Source: Neodothiora populina (taxonomy: Eukaryota). Taken from it: DNA of 64,000 nucleotides. The first letter of the stretch is position 1. Every line of letters begins with the position of its first letter. The stretch is taken from positions 806,001-870,000 of the forward strand of contig NW_027191410.1 of assembly GCF_041146345.1 (NCBI RefSeq), written 5' to 3'. A model generated the notes under the pieces. The model was not told the origin of the DNA and ran no database searches. It was given only the letters and a program-made list of their open reading frames with translations. Below, piece by piece: positions 1 to 12,719 of the stretch. Both the position numbers and the translations under genes were made by a program.

Positions 1-75
1 GTAACATCTATTTCCATCTTGCATCTTACTTTGGGGAAATCTCTGCACTCATAATAATATACTTTGTGATCCAAA

Positions 76-1282
76 ATGTTTCCCCCGTCAGGAGGCTACA
101 ACCTCGATGTGGAGGCCATTAGCGGAATATGTGGTTCTATCTCAATAGGTTTGTCCGCGTCCTGCGCTTCTGGATATTCTCGTGACAGTGCTGACTCGAG
201 GACTCGAACAGCATGCTGGGTTGTGGTATTCTCTCCACAGATCATTGAAAATTTCCGTCGTAGCAGCGCCGAAGGACTCAGCGTCGAGTTCATCATAATA
301 TGGCTCGCTGGAGATTTCGCGAACATCATTGGAGCTGTCATGCAGAAAGTTCTCCCTACCATGGTATGTTGGCTACTGAACGTATGCAAAGCCGAGAATA
401 GCGCCTGACTTGCTACCAAAGATCATTCTTGCTATCTACTATACCCTTGCAGATATCGTGCTTTTGGCTCAATGTTTCTATTACAAGGGCGTTCACTTCC
501 GGGATCCAAAGCCAGCCAGAGCATCGGAGGCTGAAGAAGCAGTCACAGACGAGCGATCTGCACTGTTGGGACGACCTAATGGACGCGGCGAGGACGACGA
601 TAATTCCTCAGAGGCAATCGACGCTGATCTTTCGCGAGCTAGATCAAGCTCATCCTTCCGTGATCGTTTTGCCAGTGAGGGCGTTCATCTCTCACCCACG
701 ACTCCCATGCACCCTGCACCAAAGCAGACGACGGTGGTCAAGCGTTCTCAGCCTAAGAAGCTGTACCAGAAGATTCTCTTCAACCTGACTGCTGTCATTG
801 TCGTACTGGCTGCAGGTGTCGGCGGCTACTATCTCTCGCCAGCTCCATCGAATGCTGGTGATCAAAGCTCGGAGAAGCAGGCTGATACGCTTCAATTCAA
901 CACCACCGGCCAGGTCTTCGGATACTTGTGCGCAGTGCTGTATCTCGGCAGCAGACTGCCACAATTGTTGTTGAACTACCGACGCAAAAGCACCGAGGGG
1001 CTCAACGCATTGTTCTTCCTGTTCGCCTGTATCGGAAACCTGACATATGTACTCAGCATATTCGCCTTCAACCCCGTGTGCCGCCACAAGCACTGCAGAG
1101 AGGGCGAAGCGGGCGCCATCTACGGACGATATATCCTTGTCAACTTGAGCTGGATTATTGGAAGTCTCGGAACGCTGTTCTTGGACTTTGGAGTGTTTGT
1201 GCAGTTTTTCATGTATAGACAGGATGAGGAAGAAGTGGAGATCGTGGTGGTCGAGGACGATGACAGGGGCAGATCGTCATGA
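76..1282 (+). CDS. Vacuolar PQ-loop cationic amino-acid transporter (YPQ1/RTC2/PQLC2 family); introns 149-211 and 364-421
   Basis: Two PQ-loop repeats (FSPQIIENFRRSSAEGLS; SRLPQLLLNYRRKSTEGL), multiple TM segments; GT..AG introns join the ORFs in frame. Confidence 0.9.
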
Positions 1283-1713
1283 GTGCTGAAAGTAGCGTAG
1301 CGGTCATGCAATGCGCATAGAATCGCTGCTGGGAGTGTTGTGTGCCATGTATGCTGTACCGATAGACGATTGAATATACCTTCAGATAATTAGTGCTGTA
1401 CATGATGAAGGGAAGAAGGTGACATCAACGACTCTATACTGCCGCGCTTCGGTTCACATTACACGAGCACAACAAATTTCTGAAAGGCAGTGAATATAAA
1501 ATAAAGGCTCAGCGTGTATGAAAGCATTCCACCTATAATTTGATTCTAGTATAGACTTTCCTTCATGCGATCGAAGCATAAGCCTAGCGTATCGCCGAGG
1601 CTAGCTCTTATCCGCGTGCATCAATGTCATTCCCAACCTCGTCAGTGTTATCCGCCCTTTCTTTCTAACATGCACCCAGCTAGCTCCACACACAAACACG
1701 ACACGAACGAGAA

Positions 1714-2962
1714 ATGTTAAGCTCAGGATCGGCGCGGCGTCAGAAGCAGCGCAAAGTGCTGCTGATGGGCAAGTCTGGCGCCGGGAAATCGTCCATGAGA
1801 TCGATTGTTTTCAGCAATTACGTCGCCAAAGACGTGCGTCGCCTCGGAGCCACGATTGATGTCGAGCACAGTAATATCAGGTTCATGGGAAATCTCATGC
1901 TTAATCTCTGGGATTGTGGAGGGTGAGTAGACGTGCTGCTGCCGGTGCTGGTGTTTTGATCCTTTTTTATTCCTTTTGTGATTACTATCACTTGGTCTTC
2001 TCATTGTCTTTCTACACCAGCAGCCATTCTACTGGGGAACTTTGACCTGACTCTCGAATTCCAGGCAAGATGGCTTCACAGAGTCCTACCTCACCCATCA
2101 ACGCTCGCACGTCTTCTCCTCGGTAGCAGTGCTGATCTTCGTCTTCGACGTCGAATCCCGCGAGTTCAGCGCCGACCTGATAAACTACGCCTCGATCATC
2201 ACCGCCCTGCGCGAAAACTCGCCCCAAGCCAAGATCTTCGTGCTAGTGCACAAGATGGACCTGATAATGCTGAACATGCGCGACGTGGTCTTCCGCGAAC
2301 GCAGCGAGGCGATCCGAAACGTCAGCACCGAGCACGGGTTCGGCGGGCCCGCGCCAGACGCAGGCAAGGAGGTCGACTTCTGGGGCACGAGTATCTGGGA
2401 CCAGAGCCTGTACAAAGCCTGGACCCAAGTCATCTACTACCTCGTGCCCAACGCGGGCGCCATCGAGAGTCTGCTGCGCCGCCTCGCGGACGTCATCGAA
2501 GCCTACGAACTCATCCTCTACGAGCGCACGACCTGCCTCATGGTCACGCACATCACGCGGCCCTCGGAAGCCGCGAACCCGCACCCGGACCGCTTCGAGC
2601 GCCTGTCTTCCATCCTCAAGTCGCACAAGCACTCGATCGCAAAACACACGGGCATGCCCGCGGGCTCGGCGAACTTCGCCGAGCTGCAGATCAAGACGGG
2701 CGAGTTCATGTTTCTCATCACGCGGCTGACGGAGAACACGAATCTCGCTGTTGTCCTGGGCAGTGGCGAGGCCATGTATAACGCGGCCAGGATCAATATC
2801 GCGCGAGCGAGAGAGGAGTTCGGAGAGCTCGATATTGCGAGCAAGCCTAAGAACGGCGCTGCGCAGAAAGCGGCTGCTGCTGCTGCGGCGGCGGCGGCGG
2901 CGGCGGCTGGTACTGACGGTGGGAAAGTGAACGGTTCCTCGTCGGGGTACGCCTACGAATGA
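1714..2962 (+). CDS. GTR1: Rag GTPase A (Gtr1/RagA); intron 1923-2064
   Basis: [43 protein letters not shown] and TSIWD motifs; poly-Ala tail. Confidence 0.95.
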
Positions 2963-3435
2963 TAAGAGAGAGGGGAAAAAGAGATCCCGAAGTTCGTCAT
3001 GTTTTCGGAGGTTCTTCCGTTTATTCTGTTTACATCTAGCGTTCGAGCCGGCGAAAATCAATGTGCTTGTGGTAGAACGATCTTTTATGCTGCAAAGATA
3101 CCCTTGGGGAGGAAAAGGAAAGGAATGATACAGCGCAGGCGTTTTATCGGTGTTTCTAGTCAAAATCTTGTCAGAGGGCACTTTTGGGAGAGTCATACAT
3201 ATATGGAGGAGAATTTCCTCTAATTTTTGAATCAGGCGGTACACAATATCTTCAAGATATGTCGAAGACAAGGGCATTATACGGTCTGTCATTTGCAACA
3301 AGTGAACGAAGTGGTCGATGGACCATGACCTTTTGTAACATTCGCATTTACAAACAGCACTCCGCGCTGCGATAGGAGAACTAGAGAAAGCAATCATAAC
3401 GGGAAGAATAAACACAGACCAAAGGAAATCGTGAG

Positions 3436-3461
3436 AGCAGCAGCAGCAGCAGCAGCAGCAG
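3436..3461 (+). repeat. (AGC)n microsatellite
   Basis: About 8 perfect AGC units. Confidence 0.95.
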
Positions 3462-4094
3462 TGGTAGTATTAGTACCACATCGCGTATTTTCATATTTTT
3501 GTCATTAAAAGTCTTGGTTCCCAAGACTTAGGTGTTCTCCTTGATTGCGAAAATCTCCCCAAAGGCCGCTGGAATGAAGTCAAGTCTTGATATGTCGGCC
3601 TATAGCCTTGTGTTTTGGCTCCCCCTCCGGAAGCCACTGTCAGCCAGGACCTGCTATCAAGCTCGCTCTCGTCAATGCAAACATAACAGAGCTTGCAGTA
3701 TTTCCGTTTGGTGAAGAGGGTCTTCACAAACCGAAGCTGGCTAATGCGGTTTCTCTCTCCAGGCATTATTCGTGGTTCCGGGTTTGAACTTGTTCCTTGA
3801 ATATGTCGTGACGAAGCGTGCCACGGAACGAATCACGAGTTGTCGTTCGGGTCTCCCTCATGCTTTGACATGTCGTTTCATGCGAGCGACAGCGTCAAGC
3901 CCAGAGTGTCGAGAGGCTGTCCACATCGTCCTGCTGTCTGGTATTCGAGAGCGGCTGCTTTCACTCGTCGAACACAAGACGTCCCACGTGCTCGGGTAGT
4001 AGATTGAACATAGCCGAGACGAAAACGACTCTGGACCACAGAAAGCCTCGTCGCGTCGGTTCGCTTCGCAGGGATAGATCAAACTGCCGTTTCT

Positions 4095-4807
4095 TCATCC
4101 GTCAAGACTGGTCTTCTGCATCTTCTCGGCAGCCTCATCCGCACCACCAGCAGCGGCAGCACTCGAGCCGCTTGACGAAGCCTGGTTCGCGCTGTCAACA
4201 TCCACTTCATCGTCCTTGGTCACATCACCCTCCTTGCGCTTCAATTGCTCTTCGACTTCCTTTCCGCCCGCGAGCAATAGCACAGCGACGACCTCGTCCT
4301 TGCCGGCTCTCTCGGCCTCGAAGACAGGTAGATTGCCCGCGGCGTTCTTGACCCAGACGTCGGCGCCGCTCTCGGTCAGCAGCTGCACTGTCGACGAGTG
4401 TCCGTTGAGTGCAGCCCAGTGCAGCGGTGTGTTGCCCGCGCCGTTGTGACGGTTCAGCAGCGTCTTCTTCACCGCATCGGCGGCGGGACTCGGGAAAAGC
4501 GTCAGGAGAGCTCGAAGAAGATCTGGGTTGGAAAGAGTCAGCGAAACCCGGAGGTCACCTTGCAAAAGGGCAGGTGCTTACCAGTGGAGCCATTGGCGGC
4601 TGCGTAGTGGACTGCAGTGTTCTGGCTGTCCTCGTCGACGCAGGCCTCGAGCACTGCATGAGGACCTGCGGCACCGTGCTGTTGCGATAGTTGCGAGAGG
4701 TATCCAAGAAGCTCGGCTGTGTCGTTGGTGCGGGTGAGGTATAAGATGTCGTCGATTTCGTCGGCTGTGAGGCGAGCAGGGTTGGTGGTGGTGGTGGTGT
4801 CGGCCAT
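4095..4807 (-). CDS. YAR1: Ankyrin-repeat protein, Yar1-like (Rps3 chaperone); intron 4523-4581
   Basis: LTADEIDDILY N-terminus, NTAVHYAAANG and GNTPLHWAALNGH ankyrin repeats, acidic tail. Confidence 0.8.
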
Positions 4808-5582
4808 GGTTTGGTTGTGAATTTATGAGACGAAAGAGGTTTGCTTGGTCTGGTGCACAGATATGAGTACTATGTGTATCGATGATGTGAACGTTCTTTT
4901 GATCCAAATCGACAAGACAATATAAAGTAGCTTGAGGCAGGCGGTTTGACAAAAGATTGCTGGGCAAAATAAATGCGTTCCAATCAACCAAAAGTAGGGC
5001 AAAATGGTAAAGAATGTTTTTTTTTAATCATCATGCGGGGTTCCTTTCACATGCCAGTACTGAGGCAACTCTACCACCGTGCCAAGGCCAACATTTTGCC
5101 AATCGATAGATGCTTTTGGAATACACAACCCACCTTGCCCGTGTCAGAGTGATTGAGAGTGTATCACTAGGTAGTTGTGATCAAGGCGTCAGCTCACTGG
5201 AATGCTTCCGACTTTTGAGTGCATGAAAGCACACTGCGTTCTGTTCATTCTTCTATACTAGGGTTGTACAGCCATGATTGAATAGCTTCACCGTCCTCTC
5301 ATCCGCCAGGCCCAGTGGACACTAGAAAAGCGTTATATAGTTGTAAAAAGGAGAAAGTCGAACGAAAAAGAAAGTCAGACATAAGGAAAGAGTAAAATAG
5401 CGAATGACGCGAAAGTAGGTATGTCAATATAAACAATGCGAAGGAAAGTTTGGTCTTCTGGCGTGTCTGTTTTGTTTCCGCCATCTCGAGAGCCCCTCGG
5501 TATTCAGTCCTGCTGTAGCAGCAGCAGCCGTCCAGCAGGAACTTCTTTCGGCCGAGGGAAAGGCGCATAACATGCATACATC

Positions 5583-5583
<1 letters not shown>

Positions 5584-5629
<46 letters not shown>
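5584..5629 (+). repeat. (TG)n microsatellite
   Basis: About 23 TG units downstream of URC4. Confidence 0.95.
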
Positions 5630-5630
<1 letters not shown>

Positions 5631-5757
5631 ATGTGGCGCATGAAAACTCTCTCGGTTGCTCAGAGCCTTATGCTCCCGAGAAAGAATGGTCGTCATTAAG
5701 CAAAACAGCGCCCATAGAAGCAATGTTGAAACAGGACGCTGGTACAAATGGGTATCA

Positions 5758-7440
5758 TTAAAACACGGTGCCGTCCGACAAGATCATGATCGGTGGCTCC
5801 TTGGTGTTCGGCCGTGACACTTCTGCGATTTCTCTTCCTCCCTGTTCGCTCGTTAGTGACATGCATTGTAGGTGTGGTAATCAAAACAAAACAACTGACC
5901 TTCCACGTGCCGGCCTCCAGCATCTGTGCGAGGCTCAGCTTGTTGTTGCCCGTCAGCCCTAGAATTGAGTTGACTTCGACGAGAAGCTCGTCCAGGAAGC
6001 CAACCGTCACTGCTCTCCACTCGACAATCACATCGTCTTCTGCAGTGAAGAGAGGAACGACCTCGACATTGGGTTGTCCTTCCTTCATCGCGTTGACTTG
6101 ATATTGTTGTAGGCCACGTTTCGCATCCTCGGCCTTGAGGGTCAACAGTCCCGTGTCTATGAGCAAACCACCGTTCCGATATTCAGGCAGACCGGTCAAT
6201 AGCTCGACGCCAGCAAAGTGGACATGCATCAGTTTGGTCATAGGAACCATCAGCGAGTAGCAGAGCCATTGCGTAAGCTTATGGAAAGGGACGATGTTGG
6301 CGCATGGGTTTCTAGGGTCTGCAGGCATGCTTGAGCACGGCCAAGCGTCGCCGAGCGGGATGCCGTCAATCTGGGTGCGAGTGTCTGGCCAGATAGGCGC
6401 AAGCCCCTCCTGCAAGGCGTCCCAGAAAACCGGGAGCGCGATAACAGGTACCGAGGATGCTTGCGTGGAAGGGTGAGATAGGAGATGATCTGGTTTCTCG
6501 TTAGCAATGAAGAGTAGCAATAAGATAAAATCGATCAGGCGAACCGAGCATGTTTCCGGGTCGCGCATCAGCACCGAAGATTTCCTGGTTCTGGAGTGCA
6601 TCTGCCAGTTTGATCAAGAGCGTGGTACGGCCTTGTAGTCCATCGATGGGGTTTTGTTCCGTCACCTGCAAGGCTTTGGCCATGGCGTTGATGTTCAGCT
6701 TCTTCAGACCTGCGCTGTCGACTTGGCATGGTTCTTGTGGATTGCTGCTGAACATTCCCGCCTTGAACATTTCCAGACTTGCGACCGCGAGGCCTTCGCT
6801 ACGCCGGTAAAGACGGCCGGACTCCTTGCTCTTGTACTGCCACTGAGTGCCAGCGCCCGCATCAATCAGCACAGAAACCATGAACAGATCGATGAGCCTC
6901 CTGGTCCTCTCCTGAGCATTGACGGAGATTGGCCATGTTGCCATGAGTTGGTCAACGCGGGGTCGTCCACCGACTTCAAAATGCTGCCATCTTCCATGGG
7001 CCGGGATTTTTGAATAGTCTGGCTCGAAGTCTCTCTGCAGTTCCGAAGATTAGCATGCAATTCCCCTCATCAATGGTGCAACTAGGTCTGCGTTGCGTTG
7101 CGCTGCGCTACGCTTCACATACTTTGATTATCGAGACAACATAACGAGCAGTCTCGCCGAACTTGGCCAGATCCACATTGAAATGGTTCAATTGGTTTCT
7201 TTTTGCTTTTGCCAGAACAAATCTCGATCGCTCGCGGACAGCATAAATACTGCGTAGGTAGGCGGCGGGATCGAGAGCTGCATCTGGAGCTTGTGGCAGA
7301 GGAATGTCTGGGATGGAAGCATTGGCCGCAGGGTTGCCGTTCATCACACTCCTCGGGGGCGTTCCCGGTGTTCTCTGCAGCGTGGTTGATTCTGCGAGGA
7401 TTGGCTCGCCGCTGGTTTTCTTACGGCTGAAGAGACCCAT
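5758..7440 (-). CDS. URC4: DUF1688 / uracil catabolism protein Urc4; multi-exon
   Basis: IPAHGRWQHF, RSEGLAVASL, FHKLTQWLCYSL, LTGLPEYRNGGL, EWRAVTV, LEAGTWK and C-terminal SDGTVF; introns about 7035-7122, 6490-6541 and 5843-5899. Confidence 0.88.
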
Positions 7441-9583
7441 TGCGCCGCGTGGAATATTCGAAGCAGCTTGCGAGGAAGCTCTACGTTTGCAACGTTAGAC
7501 TTGTGGGGGCGGATGCCTGCAGGTTCAAGGCTCGAGGCGAGGCGTCTAGAGCCGATCGCGTGTCCTGAGGTAGTATTGTACTACTACTGCTACTCGAACA
7601 AACACTCAGGGCAGGCTTGACTAAAACCTGGGCTGTTGCGCTGTCTCTGACGCTGGTCCGTTTGTCCGATCGGTGTCTTGGAGGGGTAAATCAAGTAACG
7701 AACGTCGCCGTGCAAGGGAAAGGAAATGAAGATGCGTGAAAAGAGTAAAGTGTGTGCAGAATGTCCGAAGAGGGTCAGCTTCGCATTTGGAAGTGGAACG
7801 AGAGGCAAGCGAAACGAAACGATTACAAGAATTCAAAGTCGAGCTAGAAAGTCGCAAGTGCCCAGAAGCCGCGGGGGAGGATTTGGTGGCTGCACGCGAA
7901 CTCGTCGCCGCGTGAAAAAGAGGACGCTTCTTGTGCACAAATTTATGTGAGACAATCTGGATGGTAGATTAGACAAACCCGCCGGATCGTCGTGTATGAG
8001 CTTGGTCTGAGGTCTAGTGGTACCTGACTAGGACAAGTAGCCACTACCGTGTTGAACAGCAGCACCTCTCCACAACCCAAGGGCGGCCCACGATCGGTGT
8101 CTCTGGGCAAAGGCGAGCTTGCCTCACTTCCATCCGGGTCCTTTGACTGAGAAACAGGTACCCAGTGTTTCATGTTTGATGCCAAGCTTCCTGAGCCCGC
8201 TACCTTAGCATGCCTTGCATGCGACCTTGAAGCAGGGTAAAGGTAGATGCCGTACATGGCTCTGCAAAACTAAACTTACCCCCTGCGCCCTTACGTACAG
8301 AGCGCGATTGCTTGGGTACTATCTCCGTCCTTCGACGACGACGATCATGCAGGACATGCGTGCTATGTCCATGAGCTGCGCGCCTTCAATTGCGCGGAAT
8401 GCAGTCGTAAGCGAAACAGGGAGCATAGGCTGCTCTTTGCTCGTGGGTTTGCAATATACGATCCCGCAGACCAACGTCGGGCGTAACGGCCCGCTGGGAT
8501 GGATCTCCATCCCTTTTGGACCTGCCGTTTCAATCACACGTGGTTGTGAAACTTCTTCGATAATGGTTTACAGACAGTATGCATAGGTACATCCATTCAA
8601 GGTCTGTTTGAGTAAGGTAACAAAATCACGAGAGATACCTCGACGGCTACCCAGGTTGTGCGAAAGAGGTGGAAATGATCAGTAGCTCCATGAGCCCTAA
8701 GCAATTTTTTCTTCCTTCTTGTCGTGTCAGGGGCACTGACGCCACACATGCATGTATTCACGGTACAGAGTGCCCTCCTTCACGACACGGACAGAGCATT
8801 ACCGTAGCATGTGATTCTTGCATGCTCACAGACGGCAGCCGCGGAAGTCAATGTTTATTAACATGGTCGGAACTCTATATAACGGCACTCGACCCGCCAA
8901 ATTGTATCCCATCGTAATATCAGTTGAGGGCAGAGGACAGCCCAATTGCGATTTAACCGAGGATTCGGCATCTAGTCCCAGGGGCTCCACTGAACACTGC
9001 CCTTCGGAACCTTTCCAGCACCCTGTCAGTTGTGATCAGATGATGTACCGTGCTCCGATTCTAGAGTTTGCGCCGAATCGGTTAAGGTTCAATGCAGAGG
9101 GACCCAATTAACTCGTCAAGTCCTTTAGACACAAGGCCTTTGCTTTGATTATTATCATTGACGACGTACAGGAGATCGACCGCTTCTCTAAAGTACGGTA
9201 CACTGATGGAACCCTAAAGTACCTCGTGATCTTCGTGCTTATTGTGGATAATGCTCTCATGAACGAGCCAATTGCTGACGACCAGAGTTCGGCGGGTTTC
9301 ATGGCCAGCGTGCGCACGCATGCAATGTATAGATGCTGGGCAGACAAAGAGCGCTGATGCTGATACAAAAAAAGATCATTCTCGCCAGGAGGTATGACAC
9401 ACAGATAAGCCTCCCTTACCAGATATTGCCAGATGCTTTGCTTCTTCAGTATCTCCATCCATCCTGCAGAGGCCAGATGTTAGTCTTGATAGCGAAGCGA
9501 TACAATTCTATGGTGCACTGCGGGAGCACTGCTGGTCACACTGCAAGGTCTGTTTCACGCGTCATGTACTCACTACTATACGC

Positions 9584-10513
9584 CTAGCTCAAGAGAAACT
9601 CGCGCCGCTTCTGCTCTTTCTTCGCACGACGTTGCTCATTGAAAGCCTTGACCTGCTTCTTCGACATTCTCTTGTTCGCACGTTCGGCCTTCAATGAGCG
9701 GCCGTCGTGTTCATTGGCAGCGCGCTCCACATCGAAATAGGCATGCATCTGCCGCTTCGACTTGTTCTCGTCATTGTGGTAATCAGCATCCTTATCACCG
9801 CCCTGAAACGCGCCTGAGCGTCTGTTGAATGCAGCAGCTTGAGCGTAGTTTCCAATCAGATTAGCAGCATCGGCAGTGTCGATGCTGGGTTCAGATTGTG
9901 CGGGCGCAGGTTGGTGAAACTTGGCATAGTCGGCATTGGGATCGAAGTCGCCATGAATTTTGGGATTATAGCCCAGGTAAGGTTCGTTCGGCGATCCAGT
10001 ATATGGATTCTCAGCACCATTTCCAGGCGTGCTCGAAATCGGCTCGGTACCGGGAGCTCCAGAATATACTGGCGCAGGCGTATAATCGGCACGGACACGC
10101 GGGTTCTCCCACTGCGACACCCCAGTGAAGCGATTTACAAAATACCAGTGACCACTCACGGCATCGCATCGCGCCTCCCAGCCATCATCATGGGTAGTGT
10201 CAGGAAGCGGTTCGTCGGGAAGGGGTGGCGCATCTCCCTCTGAGCCAGGCACGGGCTCATCAGGTAATGGAGGCGCATCATCCTCTGAAGGGCGCATCTC
10301 GCCTTCTTCCGAGACGTGAGACTGAGACTTGGACTACACGACTCACTTAGTATCTAGTGATGAATATTGAAGGTTCGAAGTTATTGCTACCATGGAGCGA
10401 CTACGGCGTGGTGAAGTTTTGGAAGGTGATCTTGGTGGGATTTCTGAAGATGGTGACGGGGCGCGATCTGCTGCGCCCTTGATTGCGAACCCATCGGTAT
10501 CCGGTTCTGCCAT
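9584..10513 (-). CDS. WW-domain protein with basic C-terminus; intron 10334-10390
   Basis: GWEARCDAVSGHWYFVNRFTGVSQWENP WW domain; Lys/Arg-rich end; upstream exon MAEPDTDGFAIKGAA splices in frame. Confidence 0.8.
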
Positions 10514-11543
10514 GACTAGATGAGTTTGATGATTAGCAAGGCTGTCGTCTCCAAAGGACAATTTGTTTCCAAGCAGAGTAGGCAGCTGGCACAGCAAATG
10601 AGTTCGTATGTAAAAAGATGCAAGTGGGATTAGGTGAGAAAGCCAGCGCAGGTACTGCTTTCATCCCAGAGTGAGGTGATGTCCTTTGATGTGCCAAGAC
10701 GTAGACGCCAATCTTGGCAATCAATACTGGAACGACTGCAGACAAATGCACCTATCTCTTTCCTGCTACCTTACTGTAATACTAGTACCTTATCCTGTAA
10801 TTATGTGGCTCTTGGTAAGCATAGTTCTATCAATGACTGGGGTATCACTGACGCCGTCTAATCGCAGCCGCATGATATGGAGATCCCCTTGGATAACATC
10901 AAGACGATATTCTCCAACTTGACTTGCAAGCAATTTGAATATCTCGTTTGTATCACCGTCACCATGGCAAGTTATGTGACCCTTCTGCGAATGTTATGTT
11001 CACAATGTTTAATCATGCTTTTTTTTCAATTACAGACATCGGGAGGCCTGAGCGTATACATGCTCAGCGCCGTCTTCCAGTGTCTTCCATATCTGTGAGT
11101 AAATACAATTATACATGATCTAACGTGCAACCGATGCTGCTGCAAGTACAGCACCCCTCTGAATTTTGATCCGCAAACTCGAGGTTGAACTCCCGATGCT
11201 TGGTCCCGTCCTGACAAATCCCCTTCATCACCTTCCTCGATATCAAAATAAAGCATTACATTGAGCGCATGTGTATAGGCGATCTCAAAGAGCGTCATGG
11301 TAAATTGAGCCGACATCTAAGTGGCCCGTGATCGGGGCAGTCTATGCCTTCGCCCTCTATTCCCATTGCTGTCGCGCTCGAATTATCATCACTTTTGTTC
11401 CCATTACAAGTTCCTGATCGTACAGGCAGGCAAATGCCGTGAGCGTCATGTGAATGTACAGAGGCGTTCATGGCCTTCCTTGGCAGGAAACGAATCGAAA
11501 GTTGCTAGCTCCTAGCTTGACGTTCTCCAGTGCGGCGGACAAT

Positions 11544-12719
11544 CTAAGCCTTGCGGCTACGGGTGACACGACCGTTGGGAGAGGCAGTCTGGGAACCGAG
11601 AGCGGCTCCGGAAGCTGAAGTAAGAGTGGCCTGGCCACCGCTGAATCTTCTTCTAGCTTCGCCGACGGTGGGGACCTTCTCGTCCTTCATCTCAACGAGT
11701 GCGCTGGTTGCTCGGGTTCTACCCTTCTTGGCAGGCTTGTTGTAGGTGGCGATGTAGAAAGAGATGAAGAGAAGCAGGTAGGAGCTGAGGATGGCCATAC
11801 CAGCAAAGGCGGCAAACTCCTCACCGGCGCAGACACCCTTGTTGGGGAGCCAAGGGAAGTATCGGCTGGTGAAGTAGGTGTATGATGCAAAGTAAACAAA
11901 GCCGAGATCGATGACGAACTGGATGATCTGCATGACAGTGATGTATTTCTTCCACCAGATGCGGATTCCTCTGGCAGACTGGAAGTAGTACCAGTACATG
12001 ACGACGTGGACCATCAAGTTGAGAGTGATTGGAACCCAGGAAACGGCGGTGTTACCAAGGAGCTGGGTGAAGCAAAGAAGAGCAGTGGCACCGTGGTGGT
12101 AGGTGTGGAGGAAGGCTATGGGACGTCAGCACAGTTACGCGTCGTGGTTTGCATATTTGCGGGTTCACATACTCAAAGGCTTCTTCTTGAGGAAAAGGAA
12201 ACAAGTGTCAATCAACTCGAGGTACTTGGTGAGGTAGTTGAGCTAGTAATTGTCAGTTGACTCCTTTGTGCAATTGAGGTCACAATTATATGGTCGAGGG
12301 CTGCTTACGTAGTAAAGGACGACAAGCTTGTCGGTCCATCCACCGTTATGGTCGCAGATGGCGTGGAAAACACCGCCACGGACGAGGGTAGGAAGCAACT
12401 GCTCAACAAAGAGGACCAAGAGTATGCCGCTGATGGCGGTCAAATAGAAGTTGTGGAGCTTGAACAAGAAGCTGAGCTTGAAGGGCTCGCGGCCGCGCAT
12501 GAACTCACGACCACCGAAGATGATGATGTAGTAGCTGATCAACATGGTCGCAGTCGCGCTCAGGGTAGACATGGGTGTCGAGCCAGGGACGAACTTGAAG
12601 TCTTGGGGCTTGTAGCCCTTGACGGTCTCAAAGGCTTTCTCGAAGATGGGCCACATCTCGAGACCAAAAGGACGGTCGAGCGTAGGCACGCCATAGCGGA
12701 GCCAGCTTGGAGTCGACAT
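11544..12719 (-). CDS. Fatty acid elongase (GNS1/SUR4/ELO family); two introns
   Basis: [33 protein letters not shown] and [15 protein letters not shown] motifs; C-terminal basic ER-retention-like tail. Confidence 0.92.

Noticed and set aside
1402..1483. ATGATGA...CTGA, a possible C/D snoRNA
   Set aside because: No terminal stem and no convincing rRNA-complementary guide; short boxes occur by chance (a snoscan/Rfam search would settle it)
2243..3415. 390-aa minus-strand ORF over GTR1, and the 267-aa alternate-frame ORF at 1978-2781
   Set aside because: GC-rich shadow frames of GTR1 exon 2
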